64,000 bases of DNA from Chrysomallon squamiferum (GCA_012295275.1 CM022672.1:5890001-5954000); one strand, 5' to 3'. Numbered from the stretch's first letter, positions 38,737 through 53,716 are shown. The notes: generated from the letters alone by a model not told the origin. Program-made: numbers and translations.

Positions 38737-39344
38737 TGAATAAAAAAAAATACAAAATAAATTTAACGGCATTAAAATAAATGGTTTTTGCGGTTGTATC
38801 ATTATGTTTCTTGCAAATTATCTATGCATAATCACTTCTTTAAAAAATAATTCTTCATTCGCTTTTGAATATGTATATAAGCGTGAACACGGAAGTAACT
38901 GATTTAATATCTCTATGGAATTTTTTATTTTTTTTATCACTTGGCCTTTTCAGCATCAAGGAAGAGATAAATCGAAGAAATCCTCTTATGTTAGTGCTAG
39001 AGTTAATATATTTCTGACATCACCGAAAGAACTGCACTTTTAAGGAAACGCACCTTATCTTTTTGAAGAAGCCAGATTTGGTAATTTCCTTGTTTCATAT
39101 CATTTCCAACTGCAAACAAGTTGAGGAGACGTTAAGAAAAAAACTTCTTTCTTCTTTCACTAAACTTGAATAGTTTTAACAAAAAATAAAATAAAAAATC
39201 ACTGAAAGACTTGGAGATTCGTAACAATAAATTTTTGACAGTCTGTCATATACTGATAAATATAAATATTACATAATATCTATAAAACGAACAGAATACA
39301 CAGAAATCTAATAATAAACAGAACATGTACTAAGTACACTAGAT

Positions 39345-39635
39345 CACAGGTTTTCAATATGGGGATCGCCAGCCTTTTTCTGGGGGTCGCGAGATCGTTC
39401 TTGAGCGAGGTTATGTTTTAACTTTTTTCAACTTGACTTGGAAGGAGGAATAAATAAAAACATGTAGATTGGTTTGGGACCCTTCATAATGAATATAAAT
39501 TCCTTTTGTACTGTCTTTCATTGATGAAAATATGGTAACCCTAGATATTGCTGAATCAAAAATTTTAAAGGGGGTCATCGGTCATATTGAGTTGCCCATA
39601 AGGGGTCGCGGTATGAAAAATGTTGAAAACCAGTG
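39345..39635. mobile_element. Non-autonomous hAT (Charlie-like) MITE, 291 bp
   Basis: TIRs CACAGGTTTTCAATAT / ATGTTGAAAACCAGTG (14/16 match); perfect 8-bp TSD CACTAGAT at 39337-39344 and 39636-39643; subterminal GGGGTCGC motifs. Confidence 0.88.
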
Positions 39636-41688
39636 CACTAGATATTTAGTTATAAAAAGTACTAAATGTCCTAGAGATGTAATTATAAACATAAAACGTT
39701 CTGAATGCACACATTCAGTTATAAATATAAAAGTACTAAATAAGCTAAACATGTAATTATAAATATACAGGTACTAAATGCACAAGAGATGTAAGTCTAC
39801 AGACAAGCAATAATAAACATTTTAACCATAATCATGAATTATGCATAAACCTCAGTACGTCTTGTATTTGTCATTTAGAGACATAATATAATAACGAACA
39901 AAAGACGCGGTGAATAGCATAGCAACGTAACGATAAATGGTGGAGATAAAGCTGATGAGTTGTATGTGTTTTATCTGATGCTTTGTGATACCAGATACCA
40001 TCATTTTGTCACGGTATAACAGTAAAATAGTAACAGGCGTAGTGATCTGTGCGTCACGTGTATTGTTTACCTTTCAGAAATTTTCCTACTTTTCAAGACC
40101 TAAACCTTTGATTGTTAATCAAAAGTATTTGGTTTCAAGATTCTAAATGACGTCAGTTAATTCTTACCGTCTCATTTATACTGTGCAAAAAAACAACAAC
40201 CAAAAACGAACGAAAACAGGCGATGTTAAAATCGCTGCTTATCGTTATAATACGTGCTAGACACGTATTCTTTAAACTGATGCAACCGATATTATAAATT
40301 CCACAGAAAGAAGTATCAAAGCCAGTTTAATGTGGGTGATTTGAGAGGTTTAATATTTACTATTTCTGGATACGTCGAATCCGTGAAATTATGTGATACA
40401 TGTTGACGTCAGAGCTGATGGGAAAACAATATGAGTGTAGAAGAATTTTCACTTTATCAGAAACTTAGGAGATTTGTAAATAAATTTTAACTTTTGCATA
40501 ATGAAATAATGGAAATTATTTTTCAGCCGTGGAATTGTCTTAATGCTTTTTTAACTTGTCAAAATACATTAAACGGAGATACATTACTTATTATTTAGCT
40601 GTTTTGAAATCGATATCGTTCATTACGTAAACCTGACAATCGATTGACTAAATAAACAAGAATACAAATTACACATGCACCATAATCAAAACCGAATTGA
40701 CACTGCTGATGCAATGATTAAAAATTTCTGTTCGCAAGCGGACTTAAGTAAAACACCGGCGACTGTGGAGGTGTAGAATTAATGGAGGAATATGAAACGA
40801 CAGCAAAATAACTGTTGAAGTATGGACACACTCTGTCCTTTTCAAAGAACTTCAGTTTCCGCCGGTAACATCAAGATCACGATTGGATACGAAATGAGAT
40901 ATGGGTATGTAATTAAAAAAAAAAAAAATACTCTACGTATTTTATTACGCACGTCGTTCTTTGCGTTTTAGTGATGAAGAGATTTTATTTCTTAAAAAAA
41001 ATAATGATTAAATAATCTAAATAACGAGCAAAAAAAACAACAACACTGCTGTAAGGAGGAACATAGCTGTGTTACATCCGTAACAATCAATAAAGTTTAA
41101 AAACTTATACATCAGCTTAGCATTTATTAAACAGGGTCCTTCATCAGTAATTAACGTTCATTATCTTGTGTCTTAAGGACAACTTATGTAATCAACAGGA
41201 TGCAGTTATGTTATTTATAGCTGCAGACGTCACTGATAAGTGTGCATGATGACTTTGTTTATAACGTGCATCATTTCTCTCTATTGGTCCATCATGCGTC
41301 TTCATTTTTTTTTTCTTCTTTCTCTGTTTCTCGCTTTCTTCAGTTAAACTGAATCCACACAAAGTTTCTAAGTTCAAACTGATCCATTATAACGAGTGTT
41401 GTTGAGTTAGACTGTGTTTTCCTGATGCTTTGTCATACGAAATGCCATCTGCTGTATTAGAATACAATTACTGATGTTGTACAATTAAAAATGTTTATCC
41501 TGCTATTTTGAGATAAGAAATACGATAGCTATATAATTAATAAGACTGTAGATTTAAATGCTTTTTTCTCGATGTCTTGAAATAAGATAGTTATATTATT
41601 CAATATAATCAGCAGGGTTATTGAGTTTTCCCTGATGTTTTGTGATGTGAGATGCGACAGGTGGATTAAATTAAAATTAATTAATTAA

Positions 41689-42072
41689 GTTACAGGATTG
41701 TGGAGCAAAATGTCAATGATTAAAATGTCAACGGGCAAAATTTCACTTGTCAGAATGTCAATTTTCAGACAGCTTATTTCTCAAGTAAATTAGCAAATTT
41801 ATATTATACAAATTCTTCTACTTAGATAACGTTACACATATATACAAACATACTCACAACATACATTAACACTCATATCTATTCAAAGAAGATTCAGTAA
41901 CAATTATTATACATTAGGCATCTCCATGAGGTTTAAAATATAATATTTATAATTTGGACCTTTAAAAGATAGATTTTGTTTTTGTTTCTTTTATATAAAC
42001 CTAAAATGACATTTTGACCAAGGTCACATAATAATGATTAACATTTTGTCCGTTGACATTGTATCATGTAAC
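41689..42072. mobile_element. Foldback/MITE-like element with repetitive inverted termini
   Basis: Left gttacaggat...aaaatgtcaacgggcaaaat is mirrored by right attttgtccgttgacatt...atcatgtaac; repeated AAATGTCA / TGACATTT; no TSD found. Confidence 0.55.
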
Positions 42073-42101
42073 ATACTGACAGTTGACATTATGCAAAACA
42101 G

Positions 42102-42143
<42 letters not shown>

Positions 42144-42385
42144 ATAAAACAAAATATCTTCTTCAAATCATGTTTACGTTTATCATCCGTTCTGGGCAAT
42201 CTTGTAGCTCAGGTCTACCCCTTATTAACAGAGATTTTACTCAAGTCATCGGAGATTTTGCAGAATATTTTTTTCTGCAGTTTGTTGTTCTATTGATATT
42301 GCAGATACAAAACAGATCATGTGAATATCTCTAAGCTCTCTTTCACTTGTCATATCAACCTATTTTCCCTTCACACACGCAGACA

Positions 42386-42430
<45 letters not shown>

Positions 42431-43116
42431 ACGCACGCACACACAGAGACACACACAAACTTGTCCGAGTTTCTGGGCTTCAGCAAAGTTGGGAATACGA
42501 AAATGGGTCCTCGTTTGTAATTTCTTTAATTTCTTTAATTTGCGTACAGTTATTATTTCATCATATTTTTTTAAATCGTGGATTAACTGCCACTGCGGTA
42601 TTGCTTCAGACTGAATAGTGATGTAAGGATTTTGTTGAACTCGTTTCTCGATCCTAATCACCCAAATCGTACACATCTCCTCGATTCACAAAAGAAATGC
42701 AGCTAAAAGCGAAAACCGAGTTCAAACTCGGTACACGAAACGAGAGTATTGTTGTTGTTGCTGTTGTTGTTTTGTGACACGAATAACCGGATTGTTATTA
42801 AGGTGTCAACGTCATGGACATTGCCAATGCAAATGAAATGTAGTAGGTTCATTTCTGAGTGGCAGTCCTCTTATTTCGACGTCAATCGGTCTGCGTCTGC
42901 TATGAAAGACGGCTGGATGTCATAAATATCAGGTTATAAATAGTGTTGCAACTAATCAGTTTTATGTCCATTAGTACGGATCATTTAGTGGTCTATTATT
43001 AGCTAATATTTAGTGGTCTATTATTAGCTAATATTTTAGTTGTCAAGAACCTTCAGGTCAGTTAAGGGGTTGTACTGTTAACGTGGTCAGTTTCTTTATT
43101 ATATGGTCGGCCAGTG

Positions 43117-43564
43117 TGTACCCGTCGACTTTAAATAATTAGCTAACTTGTACCCGTCGACTTTAAATAATTAGCTAACTTGTACCCATCGACTTTAAAT
43201 AATTAGCTAACTTGTACAAATCAGATTTAAATAATTAGCTAACTTGTTCAAGCTAGATTTAAATAATTAGCTAACTTGTACAAGTCAGATTTAAATAATT
43301 AGCTAACTTGTTCAAGCTAGATTTAAATAATTAGCTAACGTGTACCCGTCGACTTTAAATAATTAGCTAACTTGTACCCGTCGACTTTAAATAATTAGCT
43401 AACTTGTACAAGTTGACTTTAAATAATTAGCTAACTTGTACCCGTCGACTTTAAATAATTAGCTAACTTGTACAAATCAGATTTAAATAATTAGCTAACT
43501 TGTACAAGTCAGATTTAAATAATTAGCTAACTTGTACAAGTCAGATTTAAATAATTAGCTAACT
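43117..43564. repeat. 32-bp minisatellite, 14 units
   Basis: tgt[10-nt variable]tttaaataattagctaac(t); exact 32-bp period. Confidence 0.95.
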
Positions 43565-43849
43565 TGTACTGATTAACATTAAATAATTAATTATCAGCTA
43601 TTTTGACCAATCTAGCTAAATTTAATAACGAGGAAACGTGTATTGGGCAGACAGTTTGTAATGGTAAGAGTAGTTTTGTTTCTGTCTTGTTCTTGTATAT
43701 AATATATACAGTGTCTGCTAGTGAAGCTGACCTGTAGAATGAAGAAAAAATAACAAAATCTAATTTGTCGTAGTGAAATAACTAAATCTGTTCGCAATAT
43801 AACTAAATAAATAACTAATTAAATAAAAATAAATTGAAATGAAATGAAA

Positions 43850-43889
<40 letters not shown>

Positions 43890-44088
43890 GCCCCAAAAAC
43901 TTAGAGAGACCAAATGAAATTAAACAAATGCAAGCACATTGCCTTCAGTTTCAATTATATAATTTTTTTCTGTTAATTTCACACTGTTTTTGTAAAGGTT
44001 AGATTTATAGTTTCTACGACAACAATAAAATATACTGTTGTTTTAATGTATTTTGAAGTTTGTTGTTGTAAGTAATACTGAGAGAAAG

Positions 44089-44185
<97 letters not shown>

Positions 44186-44236
44186 CAATTAATGAATAAA
44201 ATTTAAGAACAAGAAATGTGTAAGAAATAGATAGAC

Positions 44237-44269
<33 letters not shown>

Positions 44270-44496
44270 TACATACATATACATTTTTGTTTTTATTATA
44301 ATTGTCGTTGTCGACGTTGTTATTATTGTTGCTGCTGTTACTGTTGTTGACAATTGTTGTTATAATTAATTTTTAAAGCATTTTCACACATTTGATTATT
44401 CTCATTGTTGTGGAATATTAAATCGACAAATATAAGAATATGTTGAACGTTCTGGTATTTCTAAGATATCAAATAGTATAGAAATATCTAAGATAT

Positions 44497-44546
<50 letters not shown>

Positions 44547-44777
44547 GAAAAGAAGAAACAACAAACAACAACAACAACAACAAAACAAACAAAAACAACC
44601 TTAAAATCAGTAACAATAATAAACAAACAAAAACCCACAACAACAAAAAACAAACAAAACAAACAACAACAATAGCCAGCAACATCTGCATCTTCTAAAC
44701 ATTTTAGAATCGATTCCTATAATCTTTCATTGTCGTCTGTTTTGTTTATTTTTTTTTTTTTTTATTATTATTTTTTT

Positions 44778-44828
<51 letters not shown>

Positions 44829-45169
44829 CATGTAAGCAGTAACAGAATTTAGGGCAGATAGCAGAAACTGTTCGCATGTCATATATATCTGAACAAATCA
44901 TTTCAAGGGCTGATATCAAAGGCATAATTATTTGAACAATTCTTTTGCGGAATCATATTGAAAACTGTCCACAGCCCTTGTACAAATAACGAAAAAAAGA
45001 AGAAGAAGAAGAAGAAGAAGAAGAAGAAGACAAGACAGAAGATGATGATGATGAAAAAGAAGATAAATGAAGAAGAAGAAGAAAAAGTTCTATTTAACCA
45101 TGCTCTCTACATTATACAGTTATGTGGTGCTGTTCATAATGCTAAGAGAGGTAAAGATGAAACTAATTA

Positions 45170-45290
45170 TAGTCACGTAGCTCGCTTCTCTTTCTCGATC
45201 AACAGCAAACTTCCTTTTATATGCAGATTCCAGTAAACAAGAAAACACACACCACGCACTCTCATAATGGATTGGCTGGGTCAGGCGATA
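45170..45290 (-). mobile_element. Degenerate SINE relic (MetaSINE-like core)
   Basis: Minus strand cccagcca...cgtggtgtgtgttttcttgtttactggaatctgcatataaaaggaagtttgctgttgatcgagaaagag resembles the recalled core GTGGTATGTGCTATCCTGTCTGTGGGATGGTGCATATAAAAGATCCCTTGCTG. Confidence 0.55.
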
Positions 45291-46447
45291 ATCAGAAGAG
45301 TTTAATGTAGAAGATGACAACTTCTCACTGAAACATAATACAATAATTAGAACTTCTAACTTAGTGGTTTCATATATATATATATTTCTATAAAACCACT
45401 ACGTTAAGTTAAAAAAAACCACACAACAACAACAAATAAAAAACCAAAAAAAACAAAAAACCCAGCAACATTGGTGAGAGAATTCTTTATTTTTGTATTT
45501 TTTGAATCACGCTTGTAAATTAGAGAAATAAACATTCACCGTGTTGAAAGATCAGCTGTGTTATCCCATTCATATGTAATTCAAAGATTCTCTTGACAAT
45601 AGCTGCAGTATGTTTTATAAAAACTGTGAAACAAATATGCTATAGATGTCGCTGTGATTGACAGATGAAATTTTTTTGGTATGAACAATTGCATTAATTT
45701 TCCCACACATTCTCGTTTATCACTTTTCAGCTTTCTTTTTATCGATTCTACAAGTTTAGTTTTTTTTTTTGGTAAAAGAAACGATTACTAATTGATTTAA
45801 ACATAATTTATATAATTACGTATTCCAATAGGTTTCTTCTTTATTTTATTGTTGTTTATTAATATTTAAAATAAAATTATTATTATTATTTCTTTTTAAA
45901 TCTTTTTTCTTTTTCTTTTTCGTTTTTTCTATTATTATTTTTATTTTCTTTGTGTTTATGTTCGTGAATTTAAACGAAATAAATATCTTGTTTTTGATTT
46001 TATATAATGTTTTTTCTTACGTTTTTACTTTATTTTTATTTTATTGCAGCTTGAATATTCATCATAAAAAAACTAATAATTTTGAGAACATTAATGTAAT
46101 ACATGTTTGAAATATTCTTGTTATATATTTTTAAAAGATATACTTTCAAGAAACTACAACATTAATTTTCACTTCGCTGGATGGAATTGATTTTAGAGTA
46201 ATAATGAACATATAGTGACCTTTTTATTTTGCTTCGTCTTGTTTTCATTTATATTCTTAAATATAGTTTCCATCTCAACCTATCTTTTTCTAAATGTGTA
46301 CAACTTACACAAGTGTATGTATATGTGTGTGTGTCTGTTTGTGTATTTATTTTTAATTTTTTAATTTTTTATATTTAATTTATTTAATTTCATTTTGTTT
46401 TCTCGATATCTGAACTGAAATCCAACAGACCACACTTTATACATATA

Positions 46448-46543
<96 letters not shown>

Positions 46544-46586
46544 TTAAATAATGAAACAAGAGAGAAAACTGATAGTAACTGAAAAC

Positions 46587-46660
<74 letters not shown>

Positions 46661-46749
46661 TGTGTATAAGTTTTGAAAAAAAACACCATTTTAATTGCAA
46701 CGAGGAATCTTTTAATGTGAATGTTTCTTGACGACAGAACGGTATCAAA

Positions 46750-46850
46750 CGATCTGATTGGAATGGAATCGATACTGTATCAGCTTCACAAAAGGCTGCG
46801 TTTTACAACACACCGCGTAAAGCCACGCCTCCATATATTTTGCCAATAAC
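46750..46850 (+). promoter_or_regulatory. Putative promoter of the anosmin-like gene
   Basis: Reverse CCAAT (ctgattgg, 46754), GCCACGCCTCC KLF/SP-like box (46822) and GCCAAT (46843), about 0.4 kb upstream of the ATG. Confidence 0.35.
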
Positions 46851-47231
46851 TAATGAAAATTTACCGTACTGTACAAAAAATCGAACTTCCAGCAGGAGAG
46901 AGTTTGTTAAGCGTAGAACTGAATTTCTTCACAGAATCAATCGAACTGTGTCTCTTGTTTTTTCAAGTCAGTTTTTTTTTTTTTTTTTTTTTGTATTCGA
47001 TACAAAGAAAGGGGGCTAGAAAGGAGAACAAATATGCTACGTATTTAACTTACAACTCTTGTAAGGCCTACATGAAAGGAAAAATAAAGTTCTCTACCAA
47101 ACGGGATATTTTGTTTTTTTAACAGGAAGAACTTATTGCTGGATGTGGATAAGTAAAAGTTTCACACCTTGTTTCAAAGACAGTGTATAGAAGAAGAGAG
47201 AAGAGTACTGCTTGTTTTAAAGATTTTAACT

Positions 47232-47372
47232 ATGAAATTAACTTTTTCCTTTATGATGATTCTTGAAGTGATCGTTTCGTTGTCATTCTGTACGGGATAC
47301 CATAGAACCCGGAATAAGTCGTTCCGAAATTACGTCATCAAGGCAAGATGCCAGGCTTGGTGCAACAAAAAG
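47232..47372 (+). CDS. ANOS1: First coding exon of a secreted Cys-rich protein, probably anosmin-1/KAL1-like
   Basis: MKLTFSFMMILEVIVSLSFCTG signal peptide, then NYVIKARCQAWCNKK (ARCxxxC as in the anosmin Cys box), ending AAG|gtaata at phase 0. The rest of the gene was not found in the window. Confidence 0.55.
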
Positions 47373-47394
47373 GTAATAATAATTATAACAATCT

Positions 47395-47470
<76 letters not shown>

Positions 47471-47842
47471 TTATTTTACTTTTTGAATTCTTTTTTGAAA
47501 AAAAAAAAACCCAAAACAAACCACCTAACAATTAACATCTCGTCAAGATTATTTTGTATTCGACACTTTCCCACCATTTACATTTGTGCAACGATTTTTT
47601 GCCGCAGAAATGTCGGTTTTTAAGGAACTGGACTTTTGCAGGATACTTCACACCAGTAATTTTGTAGACATGTAATACAAAACAGAAGTTACATTTATTT
47701 AAATGTTTTAAATGAACATGCAATTTGGTTTAAAGTTGTCACACAGTTCCATTTCAAACTGAACCATTCAGGTTTGGTTTCTGTCAACCAAACATCATTC
47801 GTAATGATGTCTCACTTTCTGTAGCAACAGTAGCAGCGACAG

Positions 47843-47878
<36 letters not shown>

Positions 47879-48016
47879 ACCACAACAGCAACAACAACGA
47901 TAATAATACAAATAATTTATCCAGTCTTTCCATCGTTACAAAATTTAAGATTTCAGTTACTAAAAATAAATATACAACTGACAAACAAAAATGTATATTC
48001 TTAAAAAATAACATGT

Positions 48017-48055
<39 letters not shown>

Positions 48056-48473
48056 AATAAATAAATAAATAATAAAAAGATAATAAATAAATAAATTAAA
48101 TATATTTTAATTCCAGCATTTTTATATATTTTTTGGTTTTTGTTCTTGACAAAACGACTATTATATAAATCTTTTTCACCTGAATGTTTATCGATTTTTG
48201 TGTTATTTTCTGTCAGCAAGGGTCAATGACCTTAGCCGATATACATCGAATTTTGCCGATGTTTCCGGGTCGTTAATAATATTACGTTTTGCTCTATATT
48301 TATGTAAATTTATAATTAGGCAACATGACAGGAAGACAGAAGGGTGTCAGATTTAATGAACGAAAAACTAACTAGACTCGCTGATATAATTTACTTCCGT
48401 AATAAATCTCTCTTATTTCTCCTTCTTTCGTCACATTCCTTCTTCTCGATTTTTATCTGACGTTTAGTGTTTT

Positions 48474-48540
<67 letters not shown>

Positions 48541-51500
48541 CACACACAGATGCATTCTTTCTCTTTATCGCAATCACAGCTGTTACAGACCCTCGCTAAC
48601 ATAAAGCAGTATGTAATTAGTTTTCATCCGAATACGAAAAGCAAGACAGTGTGATTACAATGGTTTGATCCGAGGTACTATTTTCCACGGCTGTTTTGCA
48701 CGTTCAACAAGTAACGACAGTAAAAACAAACGTAATTATTACTCATGAGCATTTGCATATGCCGTCTTATTAAGGCTAAACCACTTCCAACTTACGCATT
48801 TCTTTTCGAAGCGAGTCCATGGGGAATTATTCCGTGCGCTGGATCACGGTACGGAATATTTAACAGCTGTAAAAGCAATAACTATAACCAAATTGCCGCT
48901 TTACATTTAACTGTTGTAGTAATTAGAAATGTTCGTGTTACGTATGTATTCGTGATGTCAACAGAAGACGGCTTTGAAAACAAATGGCAAAAAGAACAAG
49001 AGACGATGAGTTATTTTTAAAAAAAGAAAAATGATGCAACACAAAAATGTCATTATAGATACGATTTCAGTCATTTTATGAAAGGTTTCCCACCATTTAA
49101 AATCTGTTTCTGAGAATGTAGGTTTTGTCTCTCTATCCATCCGTCTTTATTTTTTCTGTCAATTATCTGTCTGCAAATTTGCATACTTGAATACATTGTG
49201 TCTGGCTGATTGAATGTCTATATTGTCATGATCATCATCATCATCATTATTTTAAATTTCTACTGTTTCCTTTTTTACTGGCAGCTATTTGTCAAAAATT
49301 AATTGCGTATAAATGTGTTTCTAGAACTAAACATTCTGGTACTAAAATCTTAACTGTTATAAGAATAGATAATAACTTAATGGCTTAAGGCCAAAATAGG
49401 ACTTGACTGCTGGTTTAATCTATTGAAGAAGTAGGACAGTCTATTATCATAGCTGAAGGTTTTAGATTCGAATGTTTTTGTTTTGGACCTGGAGTGGGTA
49501 ACATTTTCGGTAATGAGAGAGAAAGACAGGAAACAACAGAATAAGAGATTCTTAGACAGATAGAGACAGACATAGATAGACAGATCAAAAGAGGGAAGGA
49601 GAGAGAGAGAGGGAGGGAGACAGAGAGGGAGAGGGAGGGAGAGAGAGAGAAAGGTAGAGAGAGAGAGAGAATGAAAATGAGTTACTTAAAGAAAGTGAGA
49701 AAGAGAATAGAAAAGGGAAGATAAAATAAATAAAAATAGAAACATATGTTTCTTATTTTTAATAATCATTTCAAATATCCATTCTTTTTTCCCGTTTCAA
49801 ACTCTTCAGTAGTATTTTCTGGCCATCTTTTTTTTTTTTTATGCAAACAAACAAACACTCCCCCCCCCCCTTAAAAAAACCCAAAAAAAAAAACCCCACC
49901 GCAAACAAACAAAGACTTCTCTTCGTTCTGGCAATTATTATTTAAGAATCAAATTACTCCCGCGAAAACTCTGAGGCTAAGATTCCTTTTGTTTGGCTTC
50001 GATTTGGGTTCAGATGCGGACACAGCGATCCCATACAAAATCGTAATATGAAGCAATCGCTAGAAGTACAACTGAAAATAACCGCACGCAGTTCCACAAA
50101 AGTTACCGCTAGAATCCTGCACTAATGATATAGGTAGTGGGGAAAAAAGAAGCTCTAGAGTTGAAACGTTGGACTAATATAATAATATCTTCAGAATGGG
50201 CCCGGGCTTTGTGTGCAGAGAGAGCCCTGGACTATAATTATTTGATCTGATTGTACCATAATTGTAAGATCAGCTCTCCACAGGACACTTATTGAGAGAT
50301 TTCCTGTTCCGATCCTGATCTCAGGAGTCGTTATCAGTGACAGGGATAATTATCTGCTTTTCAGGAAAAAAAAAAAATGAGTACACTGGTTGACAGGTTA
50401 AGTTCTGATCTAGTTGAAAACTGAAGAGAATGTTGAAGGAAATAAATACCTGCCATATACTGATGAATGTGTATTTCGTGTTATTTAGGGCTAACAACCT
50501 GTACGTGTTTTCATTTTGTTATATTTTCACTTAATACAACTGTAATGTTAATAACTTATACTGCGTACAGTAATCAACATAAAGAAACTGCAGTTTCAAA
50601 GTACATGTATAAATAAATTAATATTTGTGAGAAAAAGTGTAACGACACTAAAAACAAAACAAAACAAAACAAACAAACAAACAACAAACAAGATAATAAT
50701 AATAATAATAATAATAAAAGGTAAAAAAATAAATAAAATATAATATAAAATAATATATATATATTAGATGATAAATATAAGATAAATATAAGGTGATAAA
50801 CAAACTACAAAACAAAACAAAAGCAAAACAAATTTACTGGGCTGGACAGACAAAGCGACATTAATTTTCACCACAATGAGCCGAGTACGTACGTGATGCT
50901 GTTAACTGTGCCGCAGATAATTAACAACATGTTACAACACCGCTGTGTGCGTCGCTCTGTCTGATTTGTCACATAGTGTGATCACGCGTTCTCGCGAGAG
51001 CAATCAGTCTTTTACAACAGACCTGCAGAAACTGTCGTTGTTTCTTATTTTCTTTCTTTCCTTCGTTCTTTCTTTCTTTCTTTCTTTCTTTTTTCGTTTT
51101 TTCTCCATTTTTGTTTGTTTGTTTGTTTGTTTATTAATTTTGTTTATTTTATTATTATAAGGCTTTTTATAAGTTTTTCATAGAGGTAAGTAAATAAACA
51201 GTTTGATGTATAGACAATAAACAAAATAAAAAATAATAATAGGAACAATTTAAAAAAAAAAAAAAAAAAAATAAAAAATAAGAACAAGCATAAATAACAA
51301 CTTTAAATAATACTAAAACTGTAATAGATAAAATAAAATTCAGACAAAATATATAAATGAATAAATAAGTAAAATCAACAACATGAAAAGAAAACCCTAC
51401 ATACACGCACTAACATCTAACATTCAGTTATCGCAGAGGTTAATCTTGACATAGCACGGTCTTGGACAAATATCTAATTTTACCAAGTGTACAGACAGCA

Positions 51501-52827
51501 AGTTCAATATTTGCGTGACATCGAAGTCAGAACTACACCTCGGGGATTCGTAAGTGGGCAACAAGAAATCTAGGTACGACATGATTCACGCAGCAAATTA
51601 CTGTTTTTAACTAAATTGAAACCAGAGTCAAAGTTTTATAACCACGTTTGTTCCGTCTAGACTCTGTCGAAGTGACTAATCTTTCCGAAATTGTTTTCAT
51701 CGAATCGGCCGTGTTTCCTCTTTGCGTTAACAGAAAGGTTGCTATGGTTCTGTGCACGGTGTTTTGTTGCATGATCTGCGATGGCTTCATGCATCAGTGA
51801 TTCTTCGTGGTACCCAGTAAACCTTCTTCTACCTAGCATCCAGTAACACTGGATTCGTAAATGTCTCTGAATATTCACTTCGATTGAGAATGTATTTTAT
51901 TCGTAATATTAAATAAAACATGTTATTTTGACGTTTGCAGTCCAAACGAGTAACGTTTAAATTGATTTTGCTGAAACAGAACTGAATAAAAAGGCCCATT
52001 TAATGTGGAAAGTTCAACGTTTCATATTCAAATTGTCATTCAGTGCATTCGTACAGAGAGTAAACAGCATATCAAAGTAGTAAACACATTTGCTAAATCG
52101 TTATTTGCTTGTTATATGAGTAAATGACGTTTTAAAACTGGGTACATATTAGTTAATACCAGACAAGTTAACATATGTCTTTTGAACTATCTTGTTTTTT
52201 TCTTTTTTTCTTTGTTTTTTTCTTTGTAATGTATTTATCTGGTTTTATCCTCTTTGTAAAGTACAGTTAACGTTTTGTTTGATGATAATTTCGTCATGGT
52301 TATGTTTATTGCTATGTCTCCAAGCATGTCTACGTGTCTGTCTGACAGTTACACAATCACATAAACATTACCTTTACATTAATAACAGAGATAAAACTCC
52401 GTGGTGAGATTTAAACACGTAGTCCAAAGATATATTCAGCTTTAATGTCAAATTAAGAGCTTTTGTGACACATTCAATAAAACGATTTTTTTTTTTTTTT
52501 TTTTTTTTTTAAATATGACCTTTATTCCGACACATGCTAAGCGTGAGATTTTTAGCCTCCGGAAAGCTTTCAAGATAATTATTATCTTCTTCTTCTTTTT
52601 CTTTTTTTCACCTTTTGTCTTGTGATTGTGTCTAGCTAAATTATTAATATTTTATTTAGTTTCCATTAATATGTCATTTAGAAAAGATGAAAAACGCAGA
52701 TATTACACTAATAACAAAAACAGCACGAGAGAGACAGAAACTGTTTTTGTGTCTTTGTCTCTTTTCTCGGTTAATAACAAAAAAAAAAAAAAAAAAAAAA
52801 AAGATTTCCATGTTTTATAATCGGTAT

Positions 52828-53112
52828 CAGTGGTTAAGAGCATACTGAGAGGCAAAAAGTGTACTGACTAACAAACAAACTGTTGACTCGTAAACAGACT
52901 GTTTTGAGTGGTTAACAGTGTACAGAATGGTAAAGAGTATACTAAAAGATAAACACCTTATTGAATGATAAACTGTATATTGATCAGTAAACATTATACT
53001 GAACAATAAACAGTATACTGAGTGTAACGAGCGGTAAACACTATGTTGACTGGTAAACAGTATATTGACTGGTAACCACCATATTGACTGGCTAACACTA
53101 TACTCTGTGGTA
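52828..53112. repeat. ~19-bp degenerate minisatellite
   Basis: Consensus ~ tgactggtaaacagtatat; about 14 decayed units. Confidence 0.7.
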
Positions 53113-53681
53113 ATGTAATTGTTGCCTTTGGAAACACTTGTTCTTCACTATCCTGCAGAAAACTTGTTGTAGATAATACAATTTTCACCTCGCCTAGTAT
53201 CAATCCAAATCTATTAGAACTATGTGTGACACAAATTAACCCATTTATACCCACGTGTTTCAGTGTCGTAATTGGATATAAATATCTGCGACAACAACGT
53301 TACTATCACTTACAACATCGTTACCATCCAACTCGATGAAAACGAAAATAGTTTTGACAAAAGGAAAATTAGAAACAAAGATTCAAAGCCGATTTTTTGA
53401 AATTCAGACTGTTGGGTTGGTATCAGTTTCAAAATAAAATATATCAAGATAAAATATGTCAGAATAGTGGATTTAACTGTTAATAAGAAAATTTCAGAGT
53501 ATGACAACTTATCCTATTTTTGCCATCATTGTTAGCGAGTTTTTGTACTGAAATAGTTAAATACATTTGTTTCTGTTATCACGCTAAGTAATGTTAGGGC
53601 ACACTGTCTATCTATCTGTCTTTCTGTCTCTCTGTTTGTATGTCTGTCAGTCTAACTTTTTATTTATCTAACTATATAAAG

Positions 53682-53716
<35 letters not shown>

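Noticed and set aside
43117-43564. CRISPR-like repeat/spacer pattern
   Set aside because: The variable slots are only 10 nt, related to each other and recurrent.
51734-51816. Candidate exon (taacag|...|gtaaac) of the anosmin-like gene
   Set aside because: The translation lacks the expected Cys-box/WAP pattern.
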